From assembly GCA_000438415.1 (NCBI GenBank), contig FR902240.1, forward strand, positions 52,307-116,306: a stretch of 64,000 bases of DNA, read 5' to 3'. The notes under the pieces are model-generated. The model made no database searches. It was not told where the DNA came from and saw only the letters and a list, made by a program, of their open reading frames with translations. This document shows, in pieces, positions 41,044 to 52,242 of the stretch. How positions within the stretch are numbered: the first letter of the stretch is position 1; every line of letters starts with the position of its first letter. A program made the position numbers and the translations under genes. This DNA is from Clostridium sp. CAG:628 (lineage in GTDB: Bacteria; Bacillota_I; Bacilli_A; RF39; UBA660).

Positions 41044-41714
41044 CACTGAAATATCCTACAAATTACGTTGCAATAACGCAATATTTTTCATCAAGTCACA
41101 AGGCATTAGATTTAGGTTGGAATTCCAATTATGGTGGTCCAAATATGCCAGTATATGCAAGTGAAGATGGAGTAGTTGTTAGTGTAGTAAAAAACTATAA
41201 CAAAACAGACACTGATACACCAAACTATGGAAACTACGTAAAAATAAAACATGATAATGATTATTATACACTTTACGCACATTTAGCATTTGGAAGTGTT
41301 ACATTAAACGTAGGTGATAAGATCAAAAAAGGCGACCAACTAGGTCTTATGGGAAATACTGGATACTCTACCGGAAATCATTTGCATTACGAAGTTTATA
41401 AAAATGGCACAAGAATAAATCCTCTAGAATGTACTTATGTTTATAGTAATCAAACCGTATCAAAAAATGCATCCGCTACTAATGGATTATTATATTTTAA
41501 AGAAGAATCAAAAATTGATGATACACTAGAAATATTACAAAAAGAAAACATAGAACTAACTACAGAAAATCAAAGATTAAAAACAGAAATTCAAACATTA
41601 AACGAACAAATAAAAGATTTAAGTTCTTACACTTTTACATACAAAGTTCCAAAAACATCTTACTATAAAATAAAATTATATGAAAAAGAAACACTAACAA
41701 TAAAGGACAGCTAA
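41040..41714 (+). CDS. Peptidase M23 (LytM-type) with a C-terminal coiled-coil tail; possible endolysin
   Basis: M23 signature GNYVKIKHDNDYYTLYAHL...GDQLGLMGNTGYSTGNHLHYEV with no signal peptide. The tail has heptad-like ELTTENQRLKTEIQTLNEQIKDL. Confidence 0.7.
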   Translation: MTLKYPTNYVAITQYFSSSHKALDLGWNSNYGGPNMPVYASEDGVVVSVVKNYNKTDTDTPNYGNYVKIKHDNDYYTLYAHLAFGSVTLNVGDKIKKGDQLGLMGNTGYSTGNHLHYEVYKNGTRINPLECTYVYSNQTVSKNASATNGLLYFKEESKIDDTLEILQKENIELTTENQRLKTEIQTLNEQIKDLSSYTFTYKVPKTSYYKIKLYEKETLTIKDS

Positions 41715-41726
41715 TAAAAAGTTGTC

Positions 41727-42596
41727 CTATTTTTCTATGTATAAACTAATTTTTCCCTCTTCATTTAATTTCAAAAGTTGATTATTAATTTCATTAATTA
41801 CATTTCTCTTCTTTTTTGGATGTACTAAATATCTAATATTCATACTAACATATTTATCATTAATATTTGTATAAATTATAGGCTCTAACTTATTATAATA
41901 TATTCTATAACTACTATTATTATTTAATTCATTTACCATCTTACCAGGTATACTCTTAATAATATCATTATTATTAACAATGCTATATAAAATTCCCTTA
42001 ACTTTTTTAATATCACTATCTATAGAAATCTTTACTTCTGTCTCATTCCATACATACTTAAACACTTTAACATAATTTATTAATGGCTCACTAATTACTT
42101 TAGAATTTGGAATATGCACGATACTACCAGTACTTTGAAAAGTATCATTATTAACCTCTAACACTTCAAAACTTAAATTACTTATATTTACCACATCACC
42201 AATATGATTACAAATCATAATTCTATCTTCTACCTGAAAAGGCTTAGCAAGCCTAATATAAATGCCTGCAAAAAAATTAATAATAGTATCTCTTAAACTA
42301 TAGGCTATCGCTGCAGTAACAAAACTAAAAAGTGTAATAAATTTTAATAAAAAATCTTCCCAAATAATAATTATAATAAAAACTAAAAATATATTACAGA
42401 CAAAACTAACTTTCTTCCTAAAATTAAACCTAGTTTTATTCTTTTTAAAAATTTTACTGAAAAAGAAGTTACTTACTTTTTGAACTATCTTAACAAAGAT
42501 AATAATAAGTAATGTATCAATAATTAAATTAGCATAAGGTCCTTCCATCCCAGTAACACTAGAAATTATTTTATTTATCTTATCAACATATTTCAT
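41727..42596 (-). CDS. Small-conductance mechanosensitive channel (MscS family)
   Basis: FFAGIYIRLAKPFQVEDRI...GDVVNISNLSFEVL...IVHIPNSKV. Start chosen at MKYVDKIN with an AAAGGAGG RBS. Confidence 0.75.
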   Translation of the reverse strand: MKYVDKINKIISSVTGMEGPYANLIIDTLLIIIFVKIVQKVSNFFFSKIFKKNKTRFNFRKKVSFVCNIFLVFIIIIIWEDFLLKFITLFSFVTAAIAYSLRDTIINFFAGIYIRLAKPFQVEDRIMICNHIGDVVNISNLSFEVLEVNNDTFQSTGSIVHIPNSKVISEPLINYVKVFKYVWNETEVKISIDSDIKKVKGILYSIVNNNDIIKSIPGKMVNELNNNSSYRIYYNKLEPIIYTNINDKYVSMNIRYLVHPKKKRNVINEINNQLLKLNEEGKISLYIEK

Positions 42597-42723
42597 ACTT
42601 AACCTCCTTTTTTTAAGCGCAAGAAACAAATTATACCACAATTAGTATATTAAAATCAAGTAAACTACTTTAAAAAAAAACTAACTTTTGATATAATTAA
42701 TATATGATAGAAAGAGGGAAAAA

Positions 42724-43485
42724 GTGAAAAGGATAATTATATATACAACACTAATAATACTATTTATATTTCTAGGAATAACAGGTTACAAAAATCAACC
42801 AAAAGAACTACCAAGTAGCGAAATAATTAATAACACATATTATATGTTTAACAAAACAACTGGCTTATATGACTCATTAAACATATCTAGTAATAAAGTC
42901 ACATATAAAGGTTCAACATTGAAAATTAATGATTGTAGCACCTACTCATACACACCAACAAATAGCATTTTAAAATTGGATTGTGGAAGTGCTTTTACCA
43001 TAACAGCAAGTTCAAAAGAATTACTAGGAATTAAAATGAGCGAAAACAATTATTACTTCTTTAAAGATAAAGATTCTTCTTTAAATAAAGAATTTATTAA
43101 AACATATGGAAGTAACATAAACGATTTTGCAAATACTGCTTTTACAAAAATTCAAAATAAACACATAACATTAGAAGAACTAAATAGACTAGTAACTGGA
43201 ACAACTACAAGTTACATCTATATAAAACAAGAAAATTGTTCATACAAATGTAGTATAGTAGAAAATAGTATTATAGATTTATCAAATTCATACTATATAA
43301 ACTATAACGAATTAAATACTTTCAATTACTATAACATAAACGATTTAAAAAGCGATAACCCAATAATACTAGTAATAAAAAATAACGGACAGACTAACAA
43401 TATTTATAAAAAACAAATATTATTTGATGGATTTAACATGAACAATATAAATACATATTTAGAAGGAGAAAATAATGAAAACTAA
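42724..43485 (+). CDS. Hypothetical secreted protein or lipoprotein (GTG start)
   Basis: N-terminal hydrophobic segment IIIYTTLIILFIFLGITG; AGAGGG RBS. Confidence 0.4.
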   Translation: MKRIIIYTTLIILFIFLGITGYKNQPKELPSSEIINNTYYMFNKTTGLYDSLNISSNKVTYKGSTLKINDCSTYSYTPTNSILKLDCGSAFTITASSKELLGIKMSENNYYFFKDKDSSLNKEFIKTYGSNINDFANTAFTKIQNKHITLEELNRLVTGTTTSYIYIKQENCSYKCSIVENSIIDLSNSYYINYNELNTFNYYNINDLKSDNPIILVIKNNGQTNNIYKKQILFDGFNMNNINTYLEGENNEN

Positions 43486-45802
43486 AATAACAAAAGAAGA
43501 AATAAATAATTTAAATAAATATTTTAGATTAGTAAACTATTTATCAGTAGGACAACTATACTTATTAGATAACCCACTTTTAAAAAGGCCACTTGATATA
43601 AAAGACATAAAACCAAATGTAGTCGGACACTGGGGAACTGCACCAGGACAAAACTTTATATATACTCATTTACAAAGAGTAATAAAAAAATATGACTTAA
43701 ATATGATATACATATCTGGTCCAGGTCATGGTGGACAAGCAATGATAGCAAACGATTATGCTGATGGTTCATATAGTGAAATTTATGAATACATAACAGA
43801 AGATGAAAAAGGACTAAAAAAGTTATTTAAGCAATTCAGTTTTCCAGGTGGAATAGGTAGCCATGTAACACCACACACTCCAGGAAGCATAAATGAAGGT
43901 GGAGAACTTGGCTACAGTCTAAGTCATGCCTACGGAGCAGTATTAGATAACAAAGACCTAATCGCAGCATGTGTGGTAGGAGACGGAGAAGCAGAAACAG
44001 GCCCATTATCAGCAAGTTGGCAAATAAACAAACTTATAAATCCTTGTGTAGATGGAACAGTATTACCTATACTTCACTTAAATGGTTACAAAATTGCAAA
44101 CCCAACAATACTATCAAGAATACCATCAGACGAACTAATAAGTTACTTTAAAGGGTTAGGCTACAAACCATATCTTGTTGAAGGAAATGACCCAGTTAAA
44201 ATGCATAGAAAAATGGCAAGTACTATGGATGAAATAATTTCTTACATAAATAAAATAAAAAAACAAAGCCGCCTTCACACCTTTAGACCATTTTATCCAA
44301 TGATAATACTAAGAACACCAAAAGGTTGGACTGGTCCTAAAGAAGTAGAAAATAGTTTTAAATCACATCAAGTTCCAATAATCGTTAATAAAGAAAACAC
44401 AGACAACGTAAAAATACTTGAAAAATGGATGAAAAGTTATAAACCAGAAGAATTATTTAATGAAGACGGAAGTATAAAAGAAGAAATAAAAAATATCTGT
44501 CCACCATTAGAAAAAACTATGGGACTAAACAAAAATGCTAATGGAGGTTTATTAATAAAAGAACTAAAATTACCTGAAAACTTAATGGATTATGAATTAC
44601 CTATTAAACGTGGACAAACACAAAATGAAGACATGCGATCTCTTGGTTCATATATAAGAGATGTAATGAATTTAAATAAAGATAACTATAGAATATTTGG
44701 TCCAGATGAAGCACTATCTAATAGACTTAACCATGTATTCGAAGTAACAAATAGAAAATGGGATACTAAAATAATTAAAACTGATGAATACTTAAGTAGA
44801 AATGGTCATGTAATAGATAGCATTTTATCAGAACATATTTGTGAAGGAATGCTAGAAGGCTACTTATTAACAGGAAGGCATGGATTTATCCACAGTTATG
44901 AAGCATTTGTAAGAATTATTGACTCAATGGTTAGTCAACATGCTAAATGGATTAAAATGGCTAAAGAACTACCTTGGAGAAACGATATATCAAGTCTAAA
45001 TATATTATTAACAAGTCACTGCTGGCAACAAGACCATAATGGTTTCACACACCAAGATCCAGGTTTCATTAATCACTTACTTCCAAAGAAAAGTGATACC
45101 ATAAGAATATACTTACCATTTGATACAAATACATTAATTTCAACATTTGATCATATTTCAAGAACAAAAAATTATATCAACTTAGTAATTGCTTCAAAAC
45201 ATATGAGACCTCAGTGGCTAACAATGGAAGAAGCAATTAAGCACTGTGCTAAAGGAATAGACGAATTGTCATGGGCAAGCACAACTAATGGTAAAACTCC
45301 AGATATAGTTCTAGCCTGTGCTGGCGACACTCCAACATTAGAAGTCCTAGCTGCTGTTTCTATTCTTAAAGAAAAAAAGCCTGAGTTAAAAATAAAAGTA
45401 ATAAATGTAGTAGACTTGATGAAATTAGAAAGTAATGATAAACATCCACATGGTTTAACTGACAAAGAATATGATAAACTATTTACTACAAACAAACCAA
45501 TACTATTTGCTTTTCATGGTTACCCTAACGTAATACATGAATTAACATACAATAGAACTAATAAAGATATGCATGTAAGAGGTTACATTGAAGAAGGAAC
45601 AATAACAACACCATTTGACATGAGAGTACTTAATAAAATTGATAGATATCACTTAATTCTAGATATAATCAAATATGTACCAAAACTTCAAAAAGATAAA
45701 AGCCTTCAAGAATATGCTATATCTATGTTAGAAAAACACAAAAAACACATAACAACATATGGATGTGACATGAAAGAAATAACTTATTGGAAATGGAAAT
45801 AG
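43475..45802 (+). CDS. xfp: Xylulose-5-phosphate/fructose-6-phosphate phosphoketolase
   Basis: GHWGTAPGQNF, NEGGELGYSLSHAYGA and a TPP-binding GDGE. 775 aa. Confidence 0.9.
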   Translation: MKTKITKEEINNLNKYFRLVNYLSVGQLYLLDNPLLKRPLDIKDIKPNVVGHWGTAPGQNFIYTHLQRVIKKYDLNMIYISGPGHGGQAMIANDYADGSYSEIYEYITEDEKGLKKLFKQFSFPGGIGSHVTPHTPGSINEGGELGYSLSHAYGAVLDNKDLIAACVVGDGEAETGPLSASWQINKLINPCVDGTVLPILHLNGYKIANPTILSRIPSDELISYFKGLGYKPYLVEGNDPVKMHRKMASTMDEIISYINKIKKQSRLHTFRPFYPMIILRTPKGWTGPKEVENSFKSHQVPIIVNKENTDNVKILEKWMKSYKPEELFNEDGSIKEEIKNICPPLEKTMGLNKNANGGLLIKELKLPENLMDYELPIKRGQTQNEDMRSLGSYIRDVMNLNKDNYRIFGPDEALSNRLNHVFEVTNRKWDTKIIKTDEYLSRNGHVIDSILSEHICEGMLEGYLLTGRHGFIHSYEAFVRIIDSMVSQHAKWIKMAKELPWRNDISSLNILLTSHCWQQDHNGFTHQDPGFINHLLPKKSDTIRIYLPFDTNTLISTFDHISRTKNYINLVIASKHMRPQWLTMEEAIKHCAKGIDELSWASTTNGKTPDIVLACAGDTPTLEVLAAVSILKEKKPELKIKVINVVDLMKLESNDKHPHGLTDKEYDKLFTTNKPILFAFHGYPNVIHELTYNRTNKDMHVRGYIEEGTITTPFDMRVLNKIDRYHLILDIIKYVPKLQKDKSLQEYAISMLEKHKKHITTYGCDMKEITYWKWK

Positions 45803-45985
45803 ACTTATTAACTAATCAAAATAATATATTAACATATAATATACTAGGAAGACAAAAAACTTCCTAAAAAAAATAAATCTTCCTCCTATAAACTTTAATA
45901 GGCGTCTATAAAAAATAAATTTTTAAAAAAACACTCCCATCTGGGAGTTTTAATATGGTAAAATATACTTAAAAGGAGGATAACC

Positions 45986-46270
45986 ATGCAAATTAATGGA
46001 AAAGATATAAATATAAATGACTTACTAACAGAAGTAGATTTAGATATAGATAAAAACATACCTAAGAAAAGAAATAATAATTTAGTATTAAGAGATTCAC
46101 AAATAGAAATACTAAAAAAATACAATATTGACTATGAAAAACATACAAATTTAAATAGTTTAATATTTGAAATAGAGGAAATACTAAACTATGAAACAGA
46201 TTTAGAAGACTTAGAAAACTTAAGTGAAGAATTACAAGAAATGAATTACTATAATTACACAAATAAATAA
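45986..46270 (+). CDS. Hypothetical small acidic protein (94 aa)
   Basis: AAGGAGG RBS; no motif recognised. Confidence 0.35.
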   Translation: MQINGKDININDLLTEVDLDIDKNIPKKRNNNLVLRDSQIEILKKYNIDYEKHTNLNSLIFEIEEILNYETDLEDLENLSEELQEMNYYNYTNK

Positions 46271-46388
46271 TCTTCATAAAAACTAGTATTAAAAATATAA
46301 CAATTGTTTTGAATTTAAAAATTATCAACTTTCTCTTTTTTAAAAAATGATACCATGATATAATATTAACAGAATAGGAAGTGCATAT

Positions 46389-49046
46389 ATGAAAGAAAAA
46401 TGGTATACTATTGATAAAAAAAATATATTTAAAATATTAAATACAAGAGTAGAAGGTTTAACAACAAAAGAAGTAAATATTAGATTAAAGCAATATGGAA
46501 AAAATGTACTTCCAAAAGCAAAACAAAAAACATTTATACAAGTATTCTTTGAACAATTTAAAAACCCTATAGTATATATATTACTAATAACTATGATTTT
46601 ATCATTTATAATTGGAGAATATATAGATGGTGCTTTTATATTATTTGTAATACTAATTGATGCCGTTTTAGGTTCAGTACAAGAATATAGAAGTAATAAA
46701 AATGCTGAAGCCCTAGCAAAATTAATAAGAATAGATGCACTTGTAATAAGAAACAATAAAGAAATATCTATTCCAAGTGAAGACTTAGTTCCAGGAGACA
46801 TTGTCTTACTAGAGTCAGGTTCAAAAGTTCCAGCAGATTTAAGATTAATCGAAACACAAAACTTAACAATAGATGAATCTCTTTTAACTGGTGAATCAAT
46901 TCCTAGAGAAAAAAGTGCTCACATATTAAGTGAAGAATGTTCACTAAGTGAAAGAACCAATATGGCTTATTTAGGTACCTCAGTCATGAGAGGACGTGCT
47001 AAAGGAATTGTTGTATCAACATCCTCGTTTACAGAAATAGGAAACATTGCAAAAGAAGTATTAGAAACCGATGACACAATAACACCTTTACAAATAAGAA
47101 TGCAAAAATTCACAAAACAATTAGGTATGTTAACCGCTATTCTAGCCCTTTTAGTAACAACTATATTATATTTTAAAGGATATGCAGCAAAAGAGATATT
47201 CTTCCTAGTAGTAGCACTTAGTATCTCATCAATTCCAGAAGGTCTTCCAGTAGTGATTACATTATCATTATCAATCAGTTCTAACAAAATGGCTAAAAGA
47301 AATGTTCTTGTAAAAAAACTAAATGCAGTAGAAGCCTTAGGTTCAGCAACAATAATTGCTAGTGACAAAACTGGGACACTTACACTAAATGAACAAACTG
47401 TAAAAAAAATAGTTTTACCAAATAATGAAACATATGAAGTAACAGGTGTTGGTTATAATGACAAAGGTGAAATTAAACCATTCAAAAATAGTAAACTAGA
47501 AAATATTGACAAACTAGTAAAAGAAGGTTTATATAACAACGAAGCAAGTTTATCATATATAGATAACTCTTGGGTAAACTTTGGTGACTCAATGGACACA
47601 GCACTTTTAAGTTTAGGTTACAAATATAACTTAGAATCTGAATCATTCAAAAATGATGTTTTAGGAAGAATACCATACGAGTCAGATGCAGGATACTCAT
47701 GTGCATTTTATAAAGAAGGAGAAAACATAAACGTTTCAGTTAAAGGAACATTAGAAAAAATATTAAGTTTCTGTACAACAAAAACAGACAAAGAAAAAAT
47801 AAGAAAACAAAATGAAGATTTAGCAAAAGAAGGATATAGAGTTCTAGCGTTTGCAACAGGTACAATAAAAAAATTTAAAATAAAAGACAATTATAAAGAA
47901 AATGATATACCTAAATTAACATTTTTAGGACTAGTTGCATTTGTTGACCCAATAAGACCTGATGCTAAAGAAGCAATAAAGTCATGCAAACAAGCCGGAA
48001 TAAAAACGGTAATGATAACAGGAGATCATCCATTAACAGCATTCAGTGTAGCAAAAGAATTAGAATTATGTACTAATGAAACAGAAATAACTACTGGTTT
48101 AGAATTAAAAGAAGTATACGAAAGTGGACTAGATAACTTTGACAAATACATAAAAACTAAAACAGTTTTCAGTAGAGTAAGTCCAATACAAAAATTACAA
48201 ATAGTAGAGTCATATAAAAGATTAGGTGAATTTATTGCAGTAACAGGAGATGGTGTAAACGATTCACCAGCATTAAAAGCAGCAAATGTAGGAATAGCCA
48301 TGGGTTCAGGAACAGATGTTGCTAAAGAAACAGGTGCACTTATTATAACTGATGACAAATTTTCTTCTATATTAAATGGAGTAGAAGAAGGAAGATGTGC
48401 ATATGATAACGTTAGAAAAGTAACGTACATGTTACTATCTTGTGGTGTCTCAGAAGTTGTATTCTATATCCTTTCAATAGCACTTAACTATGATATACCT
48501 TTAACAGCTGTTCAATTACTTTGGTTAAACTTAGTAACAGATGGAATACAAGATGTAGCACTTTCCTTTGAAAGTAGTGAAAAAGACATATTGAAAAGAA
48601 AACCAAGAGATCCAAAAGAATCACTATTTGATAGACTATTAAAAAATGAAATAATGCTAATAGGTTTAATTATGGGTATAACAGTATTTGGTGTGTGGAT
48701 TTATTTAATAGATGTACTAGGTTATGAAGTTTCAGTTGCAAGAAGTCATATATTATTACTAATGGTTTTCTTGCAAAACCTTCATTGCTTTAATTGTAGA
48801 AGTGAAATACATAGCATATTTAGTAAACCATTAAAAGAAAATAAACAACTAATAATAAGCATAGCAGTAGTACTATTTATACAATTTATTGTAGTAGAAA
48901 ATAGTTTCCTATCACATCTTTTAGATTCAAACCCAATACCTTTAGTTAGTGTATTATACTTATTTCTATTATCTCTTCCAATAATAATAGTTTCAGAAAT
49001 ACTAAAATACTTTGAAAGGGACAAAATAAGGAGGAATAAAAATTGA
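46389..49046 (+). CDS. Cation (probably Ca2+)-transporting P-type ATPase, type IIA/IIB
   Basis: Contains DKTGTLT, TGDGVNDSPALK and the PEGLP motif. 885 aa with 10 TM helices. Confidence 0.85.
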   Translation: MKEKWYTIDKKNIFKILNTRVEGLTTKEVNIRLKQYGKNVLPKAKQKTFIQVFFEQFKNPIVYILLITMILSFIIGEYIDGAFILFVILIDAVLGSVQEYRSNKNAEALAKLIRIDALVIRNNKEISIPSEDLVPGDIVLLESGSKVPADLRLIETQNLTIDESLLTGESIPREKSAHILSEECSLSERTNMAYLGTSVMRGRAKGIVVSTSSFTEIGNIAKEVLETDDTITPLQIRMQKFTKQLGMLTAILALLVTTILYFKGYAAKEIFFLVVALSISSIPEGLPVVITLSLSISSNKMAKRNVLVKKLNAVEALGSATIIASDKTGTLTLNEQTVKKIVLPNNETYEVTGVGYNDKGEIKPFKNSKLENIDKLVKEGLYNNEASLSYIDNSWVNFGDSMDTALLSLGYKYNLESESFKNDVLGRIPYESDAGYSCAFYKEGENINVSVKGTLEKILSFCTTKTDKEKIRKQNEDLAKEGYRVLAFATGTIKKFKIKDNYKENDIPKLTFLGLVAFVDPIRPDAKEAIKSCKQAGIKTVMITGDHPLTAFSVAKELELCTNETEITTGLELKEVYESGLDNFDKYIKTKTVFSRVSPIQKLQIVESYKRLGEFIAVTGDGVNDSPALKAANVGIAMGSGTDVAKETGALIITDDKFSSILNGVEEGRCAYDNVRKVTYMLLSCGVSEVVFYILSIALNYDIPLTAVQLLWLNLVTDGIQDVALSFESSEKDILKRKPRDPKESLFDRLLKNEIMLIGLIMGITVFGVWIYLIDVLGYEVSVARSHILLLMVFLQNLHCFNCRSEIHSIFSKPLKENKQLIISIAVVLFIQFIVVENSFLSHLLDSNPIPLVSVLYLFLLSLPIIIVSEILKYFERDKIRRNKN

Positions 49047-50002
49047 GTTTAATATTAACAACTATAATATTACTAATATTTGGTTTAACAATATTAATAA
49101 GATTCTCTGATATATTTGTAAGTGCAGCAAGTAGTTTATCTCTCTCTCTTAAAGTTCCCAAAATGTTAATTGCCTTAACAATTGCAGCCTTCGGAACCTG
49201 TGCTCCTGAACTTGCAATATCATTTAATAGTATCAAGTCAGGTGCTAGTGATATGACTCTTGCAAATGTAATAGGTTCTTGCATAGTAAATATTCTCTTA
49301 ATAGTAGGATTATCTGCTATAACTAGACCAATAAAAGTAAAAGAAAGAACAATAAAAAAAGAGTTACCATTATTAGTAATAATAACAACTGCATTCTTCA
49401 TATTAGTAACAGATTCATTATTTAAAAAAGGTGCAGTTAACTCTTTATCACGAGCAGATGCAATAATGTTACTAATTTGGTTTATACTATTTATGTTTTA
49501 TATAATAGGAATCGTAAGAAAAAATAAAAACAATGAATATGATATTCCAGAGTATTCTATTGTAAAATCAATAATTATAATAATACTTTCATTATTAGCA
49601 ATAACACTATCTTCAAACATAGTTGTAGACAATGCAGTATTACTTGCAAGTCAAATAGGAATAAGCCAAAAAATAATATCAATGACAGTAATAGTAATAG
49701 GAACATCTCTTCCAGAATTAACAATGACAATAAATGCTGCCAGAAAAGATGAATTTGATATGGCTGTTGGAAACATCATTGGAACTAATATATTTAATAT
49801 ATGCATAGTACTTGGTTTACCAATTGCAATATATGGTGGAGTAAGTTCTAGTTCATTTAGTGTAGTAGACACAAGTGTAGTATTATTATCTGCTTTAATG
49901 TTTTACATATTTGGAAGAAGTAATAAAGAACTCTCAAGAAGAGAAGGCATACTTATGGTTCTAGTGTTTATTTTATATTATATTTATATATTTATTATTT
50001 AG
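49043..50002 (+). CDS. Ca2+/Na+ (cation) antiporter, CaCA family (YrbG-like), TTG start
   Basis: Two alpha-repeat motifs, GSCIVNILLIVG and GNIIGTNIFNICIVLG. It overlaps the ATPase stop by 4 nt. AAGGAGG RBS. Confidence 0.75.
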   Translation: MSLILTTIILLIFGLTILIRFSDIFVSAASSLSLSLKVPKMLIALTIAAFGTCAPELAISFNSIKSGASDMTLANVIGSCIVNILLIVGLSAITRPIKVKERTIKKELPLLVIITTAFFILVTDSLFKKGAVNSLSRADAIMLLIWFILFMFYIIGIVRKNKNNEYDIPEYSIVKSIIIIILSLLAITLSSNIVVDNAVLLASQIGISQKIISMTVIVIGTSLPELTMTINAARKDEFDMAVGNIIGTNIFNICIVLGLPIAIYGGVSSSSFSVVDTSVVLLSALMFYIFGRSNKELSRREGILMVLVFILYYIYIFII

Positions 50003-50013
50003 GAGAAATAAAA

Positions 50014-50337
50014 ATGAATAAAATAAAGAAACTAATAAAAGATAATCCAATTACTTTTATTATAGTTATACTTGCTTTAAAAACTATGGATTGGGATTTA
50101 CTATTAACATTTTCTTGTTTCTTTATATTTTCTGGAAATATAAGTAGAATAACATTCATAAGTAATTTTTTAATTAACATGTTGTCAAAAAGTGTATTAG
50201 TAACAGGATTAAAAAGTTGTCAATTTATAAGTAACGTTCCAACTGCAGTACTATTAGCAAATTATATGTTAATGTTTACTGTAATTAATTTAGCCTTTTT
50301 AATAGTGCTCCTATCTTACACAGTATTGATGTCTTAA
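50014..50337 (+). CDS. Hypothetical small membrane protein
   Basis: Hydrophobic ORF; no motif recognised. Confidence 0.3.
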   Translation: MNKIKKLIKDNPITFIIVILALKTMDWDLLLTFSCFFIFSGNISRITFISNFLINMLSKSVLVTGLKSCQFISNVPTAVLLANYMLMFTVINLAFLIVLLSYTVLMS

Positions 50338-50421
50338 AATGTAACATAATTGTTACATTTTTCTTTACAAAATACCCATTTTAGTGTTATAATACTCTAG
50401 GTTTTTAAGGAGTGAAGAAGT

Positions 50422-52236
50422 ATGAAAATAAGAAACGTTGCAATAATTGCCCACGTTGACCATGGTAAAACTACATTAGTAGACGAATTACTAAATCAAA
50501 GTGGAACTTTTAGAGAAAATGAAACACATGACAAAAGAGTAATGGACTCAAATGATATAGAAAAAGAAAGAGGAATAACAATTTTAGCCAAAACAACTGG
50601 TGTACATTATAAAGATTATAAAATTAATATTGTTGATACTCCAGGACATGCTGACTTTGGTGGAGAAGTAGAAAGAATAATGCATATGGTTGATGGTGTA
50701 ATCCTTTTAGTTGATGCTAGAGAAGGTACTATGCCTCAAACAAGATTTGTTCTTAAAAAAGCATTAGAGGCTAATTTAAAACCAATAGTAGTTATTAACA
50801 AAGTTGATAGAGAAAATGTAAGAATTAGTGAAGTAATAGATGAAGTACTTGAATTATTTATTGACTTAGGTGCAAGTGATGAACAAATAGATTTCCCTAT
50901 AATTTATGCAAGTGCTTTAAACGGAACTAGTAGTTATGACGAAGACTTATCAACACAAAAACACACAATGGACCCAATATTTGAAACAATTATTAACACT
51001 ATACCTGAGCCAAAGGGAGACGTGAATGCCCCATTACAATTCCAACCAGCACTTTTAGACTATAACGATTATGTTGGAAGAATTGGTGTAGGTACTATTG
51101 CTAATGGTACAGTTAAAACTGGACAAATGGTTTCATGTGTAAGATTAGATGGTAGCATTAAACAATTTAGAATACAAAAATTATTTGGTTTTACTGGAAT
51201 AAAAAGGGAAGAAATAGAAAGTGCTTCAGCTGGAGAAATAGTTGGTATATCTGGACTTCCTGACATATCTGTAGGAGAAACAGTTTGTGAAATAGGAAAA
51301 GAAGAAGCTCTTCCTGTCCTTAGAATAGAAGAGCCTACTTTAAAAATGACATTTGGAGTTAACACAAGTCCTTTCTCTGGTAAAGAAGGTAAACTACTTA
51401 CTGCTAGAAAAATTGAAGAAAGATTAATGAAAGAACTAGAAAAAGATGTATCTTTAAGAGTAGAACAAAAAGATGCTGAAAACTGGATAGTAAGTGGACG
51501 TGGAGAACTTCACTTATCAATATTAATTGAAAACATGAGAAGAGAAGGTTTTGAACTTCAAGTATCAAAGCCAGAAGTAATTGTAAAAGAAATAGATGGA
51601 GTTAAATGTGAACCATATGAAGAAGTTTTAATAGAAGCACCTACTGACACAGTTGGTTCAGTAATAGAAAGTTTAGCAAGTCGTGATGGTCAAATGATTA
51701 ATATGAAACCTTTTGAAACAAATACTAAACTTGAATATTTAGTACCATCTAGAGGTTTAATTGGTTTTGTTAACGAATTTTTAATTCTAACTAAAGGTTA
51801 TGGAATAATTAACCATACATTTAAAGAATATGGACCAGTTAATCCTAACCCAGTTGGAGAAAGAAAACTAGGTGTATTAGTTTCTATGGAAAATGGAAAA
51901 GCTACTGCATATGGGTTAGGTGCTTTAGAAGACCGTGGTGTCATGTTTATCGAACCAGGTACTGAAGTATATGAAGGTATGATCGTTGGAGAAAACAATA
52001 GAGATAACGATTTAGCAGTAAACGTAACAAAAGCTAAAAACTTAACTAATACAAGAAGTGCTAGTAAAGACCATACTGTTGTACTTAAAAGACCTAGACA
52101 ATTAACTCTAGAAATAGCATTAGACTACATTAATACTGACGAACTTGTAGAAGTTACTCCAAAAAGTTTTAGATTAAGAAAGAAAATATTAAATACTGAA
52201 CTTAGAAAAAAAGAAGATGCTAAAAAACAAAAGTAG
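50422..52236 (+). CDS. typA: Translational GTPase TypA/BipA
   Basis: [19 protein letters not shown]...[12 protein letters not shown]...NKVD. Confidence 0.9.
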   Translation: MKIRNVAIIAHVDHGKTTLVDELLNQSGTFRENETHDKRVMDSNDIEKERGITILAKTTGVHYKDYKINIVDTPGHADFGGEVERIMHMVDGVILLVDAREGTMPQTRFVLKKALEANLKPIVVINKVDRENVRISEVIDEVLELFIDLGASDEQIDFPIIYASALNGTSSYDEDLSTQKHTMDPIFETIINTIPEPKGDVNAPLQFQPALLDYNDYVGRIGVGTIANGTVKTGQMVSCVRLDGSIKQFRIQKLFGFTGIKREEIESASAGEIVGISGLPDISVGETVCEIGKEEALPVLRIEEPTLKMTFGVNTSPFSGKEGKLLTARKIEERLMKELEKDVSLRVEQKDAENWIVSGRGELHLSILIENMRREGFELQVSKPEVIVKEIDGVKCEPYEEVLIEAPTDTVGSVIESLASRDGQMINMKPFETNTKLEYLVPSRGLIGFVNEFLILTKGYGIINHTFKEYGPVNPNPVGERKLGVLVSMENGKATAYGLGALEDRGVMFIEPGTEVYEGMIVGENNRDNDLAVNVTKAKNLTNTRSASKDHTVVLKRPRQLTLEIALDYINTDELVEVTPKSFRLRKKILNTELRKKEDAKKQK

Positions 52237-52242
52237 GTAATT

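Noticed and set aside
43969-44151. 60-aa Arg-rich ORF inside xfp
   Set aside because: It is an alternate-frame ORF within a confidently identified phosphoketolase gene.
46340-46801. 153-aa minus-strand ORF overlapping the Ca-ATPase start (also 46967..47368, 47708..47890, 48026..48430, 48782..49401, 49651..49872 minus-strand ORFs)
   Set aside because: These are antisense to the P-type ATPase and CaCA genes, both of which have strong motif support.
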